Assembly (NCBI RefSeq): GCF_035084215.1 | Contig: NW_027138693.1 | Span: 1 to 37,860 of the forward strand | Direction of reading: 5' to 3' | Length of the DNA: 37,860 nucleotides | From: Heptranchias perlo | Lineage: Eukaryota | Shown here: positions 12,001 to 21,647 of the stretch, piece after piece | Numbering within the stretch: the stretch's first letter is position 1 | How the letters are laid out: the number at the start of each line of letters is the position of its first letter | Notes under the pieces: generated by a model | Seen by the model: the letters and a program-made list of their open reading frames with translations, nothing else | What the model was told of the DNA's origin: nothing | Database searches by the model: none | Position numbers and translations under genes: made by a program

Positions 12001-15000
12001 GGAGTGAGGGGGGGAGTGAGAGTCGGTGAGTGAGGGGGGGGCACTGAGAGTCGGTGAGTGAGGGGGGGGAGTGAGAGTCGGTGAGTGAGTGGGGGAGTGA
12101 GAGTCGGTGAGTGAGGGGGGGAGTGAGAGTCGGTGAGTGAGGGGGAGAGTGAGAGTCGGTGAGTGTGGGGGGAGTGAGAGTCGGTGAGTGAGGGGGGGAG
12201 TGAGAGTCGGTGAGTGAGGCGGGGAGTGAGAGTCGGTGTGTGAGGGGGGAGTGAGAGTCGGTGAGTGAGGGGGGAGTGAGAGTCGGTGAGTGAGGGGGTA
12301 CTGAGAGTCTGTGAGTGAGGGGGGTTTGAGAGTCGGTGAGTGAGGGGGGGTGTGAGAGTCGGTGAGTGAGGCGGAGATTTAGAGTCGGTGAGTGAGGAGG
12401 GGGCTGAGAGTCGGTGAGTGAGGGGGGAGTGAGGGGGGGAGTGAGAGTCGGTGAGTGAGGGGGGGGCACTGATGGTCGGTGAGTGAGGGGGGGGAGTGAG
12501 AGTCGTTGAGTGAGGGGGGAGTGAGGGGGGGAGTGAGAGTCGGTGAGTGAGGGGGGGGCACTGATGGTCGGTGAGTGAGGGGGGGGAGTGAGAGTCGGTG
12601 AGTGAGTGGGGGAGTGAGAGTCGGTGAGGGAGGGGGGAGTGAGAGTCGGTGAGTGAGGGGGGAGTGAGAGTCGGTGAGTGAGGGGGGGAGTGAGAGTCGG
12701 TGAGTGAGGGGGGGAGTGAGAGTCGGTGAGTGAGGCGGTGAGTGTGGGGGGAGTGAGAGTCGGTGAGTGAGGGGGGGGAGTGAGAGTCGGTGAGTGAGGG
12801 GGGGAGTGAGAGTCGGTGAGTGTGGGGGGGAGTGAGAGTCGGTGAGTGAGGGGGGGAGTGAGAGTCGGTGAGTGAGGGGGAGAGTGAGAGTCGGTGACTG
12901 TGGGGGGAGTGAGAGTCGGTGAGTGAGGGGGGGAGCGAGAGTCGGTGAGTGAGGGGGGGAGTGAGAGTCGGTGAGTGAGGGGGGGAGTGAGAGTCGGTGA
13001 GTGAGGGGGGGAGTGAGAGTCGGTGATTGAGGTGGGGCACTGAACGTCGGTGAGTGAGGGGGGAGTGGGACTCGGTGAGTGAGGGGGGGAGTGAGAGTCG
13101 GTGAGTGTGGGGGGAGTGAGAGTCTGTGAGTGAGGGGGGACTGAGAGCCTGTGAGTGAGGGGGGGGGAGTGAGAGTCGGTGAGTGAGGGGGGGATTTAGA
13201 GTCGGTGAGTGAGGAGGGGGCTGAGAGTCGGTGAGTGATGGGGGAATGAGAGTCGTTGAGTGAGTGGGGAGTGAGAGTCGGTGAGTGAGGGGGGGAGTGA
13301 GAGTCGGTGAGTGAGGGGGGGCACTGAGAGTCGGTGAGTGAGGGGGGGAGTGAGAGTCGGTGAGTGAGGGGGTGTGTGAGAGGGGGAGTGAGAGTCGGTG
13401 AGTGAGGGGGGGAGTGAGAGTCGGTGAGTGAGGGGGGAGTGAGAGTCGGTGAGTGAGGGGGGAGTGAGAGTCGGTGAGTGAGGGGGGGAGTGAGAGTCGG
13501 TGAGTTAGGGGGGGATTGAGAGTCGGTGAGTGAGGGGGGAGTGAGAGTCGGTGAGTGAGGGGGGAGTGAGAGTCGGTGAGTGAGGGGGGAGTGAGAGTCG
13601 GTGAGTGAGGGCGGGACTGAGAGTCGGTGAGTGAGGGGGGGAGTGAGAGTCGGTGAGTGAGGGGGGGAGTGAGAGTCGGTGAGTGAGGGCGGGCACTGAA
13701 CGTCGGTGAGTGAGGGGGGGGAGTGAGAGTCGGTGAGTGAGGGGGGGAGTGAGAGTCGGTGAGTGAGGGGGGGAGTGAGAGTCGGTGAGTGAGGGCGGGC
13801 ACTGAACGTCGGTGAGTGAGGGGGGGGAGTGAGAGTCGGTGAGTGAGGGGGGGAGTGAGAGTCGGTGAGTGAGGTGTGGAGTGAGAGTCGGTGTGTGAGG
13901 GGGGGAGTGAGAGTCGGTGAGTGAGGGGGGAGTGAGAGTCGGTGCGTGAGGGGGTACTGAGAGTCTGTGAGTGAGGGGGGTTTGAGAGTCGGTGAGTGAG
14001 GGGGGGCACTGAGAGTCGGTGAGTGAGGGGGGGAGTGAGAGTCGGTGAGTGAGGGGGGGAGTGAGAGTCGGTGAGTGAGTGGGGGAGTGAGAGTCGGTGA
14101 GTGAGGGGGGGAGTGAGAGTCGGTGAGTGAGGGGGAGAGTGAGAGTCGGTGAGTGTGGGGGGAGTGAGAATCGGTGAGTGAGGGGGGGAGTGAGAGTCGG
14201 TGAGTGAGGCGGGGAGTGAGAGTCGGTGTGTGAGGGGGGAGTGAGAGTCGGTGAGTGAGGGGGGAGTGAGAGTCGGTGAGTGAGGGGGTACTGAGAGTCT
14301 GTGAGTGAGGGGGGTTTGAGAGTCGGTGAGTGAGGGGGGGTGTGAGAGTCGGTGAGTGAGGGGGGAGTGAGAGTCGTTGAGTGAGGGGGGAGTGAGGGGG
14401 GGAGTGAGAGTCGGTGAGTGAGGGGGGGGCACTGATGGTCGGTGAGTGAGGGGGGGGAGTGAGAGTCGGTGAGTGAGTGGGGGAGTGAGAGTCGGTGAGT
14501 GAGGGGGGGAGTGAGAGTCGGTGAGTGAGGGGGGGAGTGAGAGTCGGTGAGTGAGTGGGGGAGTGAGAGTCGGTGAGTGAGGGGGAGAGTGAGAGTCGGT
14601 GAGTGTGGGGGGAGTGAGAGTCGGTGAGTGAGGGGGGGGAGTGAGAGTCGGTGAGTGAGGGGGAGATTGAGAGTCGGTGAGTGTGGGGGGAGTGAGAGTC
14701 GGTGAGTGAGGTGGGGACTGAGAGTCGGTGAGTGAGGGGGGAGTGAGAGTCGGTGAGTGAGGGGGGGTGTGAGAGTCGGTGATTGAGGGGGGGCACTGAA
14801 CGTCGGTGAGTGAGGGGGGAGTGGGAGTCGGTGAGTGAGGGGGGGGTAGTGAGAGTCGGTGAGTGAGGGGGGGAGTGAGAGTCGGTGAGTGAGGGGGGGA
14901 GTGGGAGTCGGTGAGTGAGGGGGGAGTGAGAGTCGATGAGTGAGGGGGGAGTGAGAGTCTGTGAGTGAGGGGGGACTGAGAGTCTGTGAGTGAGGGGGGG

Positions 15001-17853
15001 AGTGAGAGTCGGTGAGTGAGGGGGGAGTGAGAGTCGGTGAGTGAGGGGGGGATTTAGAGTCGGTGAGTGAGGAGGGGGCTGAGAGTCGGTGAGTGAGGGG
15101 GGGAGTGAGAGTCGGTGAGTGAGGGGGGGAGTGAGAGTCGGTGAGTGAGGGGGGAGTGAGAGTCGGTGAGTGAGGGGGGGTGTGAGAGGGGGAGTGAGAG
15201 TCGGTGAGTGAGGGGGGGTGTGAGAGTCGGTGAGTGAGGGGGGGATTGAGAGTCGGTGAGTGAGGGGGGAGTGAGAGTCGGTGAGTGAGGGGGGAGTGAG
15301 AGTCGGTTAGTGAGGGGGGGACTGAAAGTCTGTGAGTGAGGGGGGGAGTGAGAGTCGTGGAGTGAGGGGCGGTGAGTGAGGGGGGGACTGAGAGTCGGTG
15401 AGTGAGGGGGGGAGTGAGAGTCGTGGAGTGAGGGGCGGTGTGAGAGTCGGTGAGTGTGGGGGGAGTGAGAGTCGGTGAGTGTGGGGGGACTGAGAGTCGG
15501 TGAGTGAGGGGGAGTGAGAGTCGGTGAGTGAGGGGGGAGTGAGAGTCGGTGAGTGAGGGGGGGACTGAGAGTCGGTGAGTGAGGGGGGGACTGAGAGTCG
15601 GTGAGTGAGGGGGGAGTGAGAGTCGGTGAGTGAGGGGCGGAGTGAGAGTCGGTGAGTGAGGGGGGACTGAGAGTCGGTGAGTGAGGGGGGGACTGAGAGT
15701 CGGTGAGTGAGGGGGGAGTGAGAGTCGGTGAGTGAGGGGGGACTGAGAGTCGGTGAGTGAGGGGGGGAGTGAGAGTCGGTGAGTGAGGGGGGACTGAGAG
15801 TCGGTGAGTGAGGGGGGACTGAGAGTCGGTGAGTGAGGGGGGGAGTGAGAGTCGGTGAGTGAGGAGGGGGCTGAGAGTCGGTCAGTGAGGGGGGGAGTGA
15901 GAGTCGTGGAGTGAGGGGGGGTGTTAGAGTCGGTGAGTGAGGGGGGGGATTGAGAGTCGGTGAGTGAGGGGGGGAGTGAGAGTCGGTGAGTGAGGGTGGG
16001 AGTGATAGTCGAGGAGTGAGGGGGGACTGAGAGTCGGTGAGTGAGGGGGGGGGAGGGAGAGTCGGTGAGTGAGGGGGGGAGTGAGAGTCGAGGAGTGAGG
16101 GGGGACTGAGAGTCGGTGAGTGAGGGGGGGACTGAGAGTCGGTGAGTGAGGGGGGGAGTGAGAGTCGAGGAGTGAGGGGGGAGTGAGAGTCTGTGAGTGA
16201 GGGGGGACTGAGATTCTGTGAGTGAGGGGGGAGTGAGAGTCGGTGAGTGAGGGGGGAGTGAGAGTCGGTGAGTGAGGGGGGGATTGAGAGTCGGTGAGTG
16301 TGGGGGGACTGAGAGTCGGTGAGTGAGGGGGGAGTGAGAGTCGGTGAGTGTGGGGGGACTGAGAGTCGGTGAGTGAGGGGGGAGTGAGAGTCGGTGAGTG
16401 AGGGGGGGATTGAGAGTCGGTGAGTGTGGGGGGACTGAGAGTCGGTGAGTGAGGGGGGAGTGAGAGTCGGTGAGTGAGGAGGGGGCTGAGAGTCGGTGAG
16501 TGAGGGAGGGAGTGAGAGTCGTGGAGTGAGGGGGGGTGTGAGAGTCGGTGAGTGAGGGGGGAGTGAGAGTCGGTGAGTGTGGGGGGACTGAGAGTCGGTG
16601 AGTGAGGGGGGGAGTGAGAGTCGGTGAGTGAGGGGGGGGACTGAGAGTCGGTGAGTGAGGAGGGGGCTGAGAGTTGGTGAGTGAGGGGGGGAGTGAGAGT
16701 CGTGGAGTGAGGGGGGGTGTGAGAGTCGGTGAGTGAGGGGGGGAGTGAGAGTCGAGGAGTGAGGGGGGGTGTGAGAGTCGGTGAGTGAGGGGGGGACTGA
16801 GAGTCGGTGAGTGAGGGGGGGAGTGAGAGTCGAGGAGTGAGGGGGGGTCTGAGAGTCGATGAGTGAGGGGGGGAGTGAGAGTCGGTGAGTGAGGGGGGGA
16901 CTGAGAGTCGGTGAGTGAGGGGGGACTGAGAGTCGGTGAGTGAGGGGGGGAGTGAGAGTCGGTGAGTGAGGGTGGGACTGAGAGTCGGTGAGTGAGGGGG
17001 GGAGTGAGAGTCGGTGAGTGTGGGGGGGAGTGAGAGTCGGTGAGTGAGGGGGGAGTGAGAGTCGGTGAGTGAGGGGGGGAGTGAGAGTCGGTGAGTGAGG
17101 GGGGGAGTGAGAGTCGTTGAGTGTGGGGGGGAGTGAGAGTCGGTGAGTGAGGGGGGGAGTGAGAGTCGGTGAGTGAGGGGGGAGTGAGAGTCGGTGAGTG
17201 AGGGGGGGAGTGAGAGTCGGTGAGTGTGGGGGGGAGTGAGAGTCGGTGAGTGAGGGGGAGAGTGAGAGTCGGTGAGTGAGGGGAGGAGTGAGAGACGGTG
17301 AGTGAGGGGGGGACTGAGAGTCGGTGAGTGAGGGGGGAGTGAGAGACGGTGAGTGAGGGGGGGACTGAGAGTCGGTGAGTGAGGGGGGGACTGAGAGTCG
17401 GTGAGTGAGGGGGGGAGTGAGAGTCGGTGAGTGTGGGGGGAGTGAGAGTCGGTGAGTGAGGGGGGACTGAGAGTCGGTGAGTGAGGGAGGGACTGAGAGT
17501 CGGTGATTGTGGGGGGGAGTGAGAGTCGGTGAGTGAGGGGGAGAGTGAGAGTCGGTGAGTGAGGGGAGGAGTGAGAGACGGTGAGTGAGGGGGGGACTGA
17601 GAGTCGGTGAGTGAGGGGGGAGTGAGAGACGGTGAGTGAGGGGGGGACTGAGAGTCGGTGAGTGAGGGGGGGACTGAGAGTCGGTGAGTGAGGGGGAGAG
17701 TGAGAGTCGGTGAGTGAGGGGGGTACTGAGAGTCGGTGAGTGAGGGGGGGAGTGAGAGTCGGTGAGTGAGGGGGGTACTGAGAGTCGGTGAGTGAGGGGG
17801 GAGTGACAGTCGGTGAGTGAGGGGGGAGTGAGAGTCTGTGAGTGAGGGGGGGA
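1..17853. repeat. Giant G-rich tandem satellite, unit AGTGAGAGTCGGTGAGTGA(G)6-9 (25-28 bp), roughly 680-700 copies, running off the left edge of the window
   Basis: The unit can be read continuously from base 1 to about 17853. Recurrent variants include ACTGAGAG, ATTTAGAG, GCACTGAACGTC, GTCTGTG and GTCGTTG. Copy number is estimated as length divided by about 26. Confidence 0.99.
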
Positions 17854-18430
17854 CTGGGGTCTGATCCCCAATTTAAAGGGGTTTGTCCCGTTCCCTGGGG
17901 TCTAATCCCCAGTTTAAAGGGGTTTGTCCCGTTCCCTGGGGTCTAATCCCCAGTTTAAAGGGGTTTGTCTCGTTCCCTGGGGTCTAATCCCCAGTTTAAA
18001 GGGGTTTGTCCCGTTCCCTGGGGTCTAATCCCCAGTTTAAAGGGGTTTGTCCCGTTCCCTGGGGTCTAATCCCCAGTTTAAAGGGGTTTGTCCCGTTCCC
18101 TGGGGTCTAATCCCCAGTTTAAAGGGGTTTGTCCCGTTCCCTGGGGTCTAATCCCCAGTTTAAAGGGGTTTGTCCCGTTCCCTGGGGTCTAATCCCCAGT
18201 TTAAAGGGGTTTGTCCCGTTCCCTGGGGTCTAATCCCCAGTTTAAAGGGGTTTGTCCCGTTCCCTGGGGTCTAATCCCCAGTTTAAAGGGGTTTGTCCCG
18301 TTCCCTGGGGTCTAATCCCCAGTTTAAAGGGGTTTGTCCCGTTCCCTGGGGTCTAATCCCCAGTTTAAAGGGGTTTGTACCGTTCCCTGGGGTCTAATCC
18401 CCAGTTTAAAGGGGTTTGTCCCGTTCCCTG
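17854..18430. repeat. 41-bp minisatellite, 14 copies: CTGGGGTCTAATCCCCAGTTTAAAGGGGTTTGTCCCGTTCC
   Basis: Period of 41 checked (GTTTGTCCCG at 17881 and 17922). Copies are nearly identical with no spacers. Internal inverted repeat CTGGGG-tctaat-CCCCAG. Confidence 0.98.
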
Positions 18431-18468
18431 TCTCACACTGACTCGGCTCTGATCTGTTTTACTCTCAG

Positions 18469-18744
18469 TTACTCCCCAAGTGTTTCTTTCTGTGGACAAG
18501 GCCTCAGACACTAAACCGGCCCAACTCTCCTGCCTGGTCACGGGGTTTTACCCTCGAGATATCGAACTCACCCTCCTGAGAAATGGACGGCCGATCTCAG
18601 ACACTGATTCCACTGGCATCCTGCCCAACCACGATGGCACCTACCAGATCAAGAGATGGGTTGAGATCGGGCCCGAGGACGGAGCCACCTACTCCTGTCA
18701 GGTGGATCACAGCAGCAAAGCAGGAGTGGAGACCCGAGACTGGG
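18469..18744 (+). CDS. MHC class I heavy chain, alpha3 (Ig C1-set) domain exon; 276 bp, phase 1-1
   Basis: Acceptor ctgttttactctcAG (18467-68), donor G|GTAAGA (18745). Translation (V)TPQVFLS...LSCLVTGFYPRDIELTLLRNG...ILPNHDGTYQIKRWV...TYSCQVDHSS...RDW contains the C-x-x-x-GFYP, PNxDGTYQ and YxCxVxH class I alpha3 motifs. The length equals the 276-bp HLA exon 4. Confidence 0.96.
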
Positions 18745-18809
18745 GTAAGAGGATCAGTGAGTGCAGGGGGAGAGTCTGAGGCTGAGGATTAAAGATGTTT
18801 CTATCGCCT

Positions 18810-19509
18810 CTCCTCATTCTTCCTTCCAAAATACATCACTTCACACTTCTCTGTGTTAAATTTCATCTGCCATGTGTCTGCCCATTTCACCAGTCTGTCT
18901 GTGTCCTCCTGAACTCTGTTACTATCCTCCACATTGTTTACTACATTTCCGAGTTTCGTGTCAGCTGCAAACTTTGAAATTATACCCTCTATACCCAAGT
19001 CCAGGTCATTAATATCTCTCAAAAAGAGCAGTGGTCCTAATACTGAGCCCTGGGGAACCCCACTGTAAACTTTCCTCCAGTCTGAGAAACAACCGTTCAC
19101 CACTACTCTCTGCTTTCTGTCCCTGAGCCAATTTACCACTGTCCCTTTAATCCCATGGCTTTAATTTTACTGACAAGTCTATTATGTGGCACTTTATCAA
19201 ATGCCTTTTGAAAGTCCATATACACAACATCCACCTCACTGCCCTCATCAACCCTCTCTGTTACTTCATCAAAGAACTCAATCAAGTTGGTCAAACACGA
19301 TTTGCCTTTAACAAATCTGTGCTGACTTTCTTTTATTAACCCAGACTTTTCCAAGTGACAATTAATTTTGTCCCAGATTATTGTCTTAAAGTTTCCCCTC
19401 CACTGACGTTAGACTGACTGGCCTGGATTTCCCGGGTTTATCCCTCTCCCCTTTTTTGAAAAGTGTGTAACATTTACAATCCTCCAGTCCTCTGGCACCG
19501 TCCCCATAT
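18810..19509 (-). mobile_element. CR1-clade LINE ORF2 reverse transcriptase fragment, frameshifted
   Basis: ORFs 19133-19354 (QH.FVKGKSCLTNLIEFF...VDVVYMDFQKAFDKVPH) and 18801-19139 ([13 protein letters not shown]...ISKFAADTKLG...WQMKFNTEKCEVM) carry CR1 RT motifs. The catalytic ADD is degraded to AAD. Confidence 0.93.
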
Positions 19510-20411
19510 CCGTTCTCTCCCCTCTCTCTCTTTACTCCCAGTGCTCCGTTCCCTCCCTCTCTCTCTTTACTCCCAGTGCTCCGTTCCCTCCCTCTCTCTC
19601 TTTACTCCCAGTGCTCCGTTCCCTCCCTCTCTCTCTTTACTCCCAGTGCTCCGTTCCCTCCCTCTTTCTCTTTACTCCCAGTGCTCCGTTCCCTCCCTCT
19701 CTCTCTTTACTCCCAGTGCTCCGTTCCCTCCCTCTCTCTCTTTACTCCCAGTGCTCCGTTCCCTCCCTCTCTCTCTTTACTCCCAGTGCTCCGTTCCCTC
19801 CCTCTCTCTCTTTACTCCCAGTGCTCCGTTCCCTCCCTCTCTCTCTTTACTCCCAGTGCTCCGTTCCCTCCCTCCCTCTCTCGACTCCCAGTGCTCCGTT
19901 CCCTCCCTCTCTCTCTTTACTCCCAGTGCTCCGTTCCCTCCCTCTCTCTCTTTACTCCCAGTGCTCCGTTCCCTCCCTCCCTCTCTCGACTCCCAGTGCT
20001 CCGTTCCCTCCCTCTCTCTCTTTACTCCCAGTGCTCCGTTCCCTCCCTCTCTCTCTTTACTCCCAGTGCTCCGTTCCCCCCCTCTCTCTCTTTACTCCCA
20101 GTGCTCCGTTCCCTCCCTCTCTCTCTTTACTCCCAGTGCTCCGTTCCCTCCCTCTCTCTCTTTACTTCCAGTGCTCCGTTCCCTCCCTCTTTCTCTTTAC
20201 TCCCAGTGCTCCGTTCCCTCCCTCTCTCTCTTTGCTCCCAGTGCTCCGTTCTCTCCCTCTTTCTCTTTACTCCCAGTGCTCCGTTCCCTCCCTCTCTCTC
20301 TTTACTCCCAGTGCTCCGTTCCCTCCCTCTTTCTCTTTACTCCCAGTGCTCCGTTCCCTCCCTCTTTCTCTTTACTCCCAGTGCTCCGTTCCCTCCCTCT
20401 TTCTCTTTTAC
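19510..20411. repeat. 35-bp pyrimidine-rich minisatellite, about 25-26 copies: CCGTTCCCTCCCTCTCTCTCTTTACTCCCAGTGCT
   Basis: Directly visible tandem repeat with two 39-bp variant units (TCTCGACTCC). It explains the three overlapping repetitive plus-strand ORFs. Confidence 0.97.
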
Positions 20412-20832
20412 TGTTGTCCCTCGGTTTAAATTCCTGAGCACCTCCTCCCCCTCTGCACCGAATTCCCACTCTCACCAAATTGCTGCTTTAAAGCCTTCTC
20501 TCCGTTTCTCAGTTGCCTCTCTCTGTGCTCGAGGTTTCTTGCTGGCCCCACGGTGGGGATTGGTTGAGGGGGTGATGAGGGAGCAGATGTGCTGAGCTCC
20601 TGGGAGAGGGTAACATGTCCCACTCCGGTAGATCCACAGTCAGTCCCCCGGGGCTGCGGCTCATCGCTCCCACTGATCAGCAGGAGAGGCACCTCCGGGA
20701 GACGAGCAGCACCTTCAAAGCCCCATTCCCCAAATCAGGCAAAGTCATGGGCGGCCGACCGGCCTGTCAATCACAGTGTGAGGCCCTCGCAGTGATGGTG
20801 TTCAGGCCCCGCCCCCGCCCGATTTCCCCCAG

Positions 20833-21155
20833 CCCTCTGACCCCTGACCTTCCATCTGACCCTGTACCTCCCTCTAACCCCTGGCCCTCCCTCTGACCCC
20901 TGACCCTCCCTCTGACCCCTGACCCTCCCTCTGACCCCTGACCATCCCTCGTACCCCTGGCCCTCCATCTGACCCTGGCCCTCCATCTGACCCTGGCCCT
21001 CCATCTGACCCCTGCCCTCCATCTGACCCCTGCCCCTTCCTCTGACACCTGGCCCTGCCTCTGACCCCTGCCCCTTCCTCTGGCCCTGCCTCTGACCCTG
21101 ACCCTGGCCCTCCCTCTGACCCTGACCCTCCCTCTGACCCCTGACCCTGGCCCTC
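20833..21155. repeat. Degenerate C-rich tandem repeat, roughly 18-19 bp (CCCTCC[C/A]TCTGACCC[C]TG[A/G])
   Basis: Many imperfect CTGACCC/CTGGCCC units. The minus-strand GQ/RARVRW ORFs are translation artefacts of it. Confidence 0.85.
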
Positions 21156-21647
21156 ACTCTGCTACACTGAAATCTCAGCCTGTATTAAGTGTGATTCCTG
21201 GAGTGGGCCCGAGCCCCATAACCTCTCCCTGAGGGGAGAGTGTTCCCATTGACACCCTCCTTGGGAACTGGGAGTCGCGACTGCCGTCTCTTCCCTCATA
21301 TCCCCCCCTCGCCCCCTCTGCTGATTCTGGCCTTGAGGTGAGACTGGATTTTCGGGGAGGAGGGGGTCTGGTGGGAGCCCCCATTGTAATGAGTCACCAA
21401 CACTCCCATTCTGCAGAGCTGGAGATTGAGGCTCAGTTAAACCAGAGATTCTGTTCTGTCTGAAATGAAGGAAAGTGAGAATATTGTGAGTTTCAGCCCA
21501 CGGTGACAGGGAAATTTTATTCAGAAATACAAGAGATTTCCAAACCTGCCTGTCTATAACGACCAGCACCATATATCTGGGTTACACTGAGTTATTGACT
21601 GGCTGGGATCTGTGTGTCAGGTGAAGGAGGCCGTTAGTCCATTGAAC

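Noticed and set aside
1-17853. Telomeric repeat or Ig switch region
   Set aside because: There are no TTAGGG arrays, no GAGCT/AGCT pentamers and no Ig heavy-chain constant exon series. Only the G-skew is shared.
1374-17871. Very long Pro/Ser/Thr/His/Leu-rich minus-strand ORFs (up to 1405 aa), mucin- or extensin-like
   Set aside because: They are artefacts of a satellite whose C-rich strand lacks stops in all three frames. The frame phase changes with G-run length, overlapping ORFs occur in several frames, and most starts are non-ATG.
17854-18430. CRISPR-like palindromic repeat
   Set aside because: Units are contiguous with no unique spacers, there are no cas genes, and the context is eukaryotic.
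18469-18744. Beta2-microglobulin, MHC class II beta2, W-category or Ig/TCR constant exon
   Set aside because: PNHDGTYQ (Gly, not the Trp of class II beta NGDWT or beta2m KDWS), a TM without the class II Gly pattern and a two-exon YxxA/Ser-rich tail all indicate a class I heavy chain.
18480-18779. ORF-track boundaries of the 99-aa and 69-aa (23492-23701) ORFs as stand-alone genes
   Set aside because: They are internal exons. Splice sites define 18469-18744 and 23565-23690.
19463-21157. Repetitive ORFs over the 35-bp and CTGACCC repeats
   Set aside because: Translations of minisatellites that are open in multiple frames.
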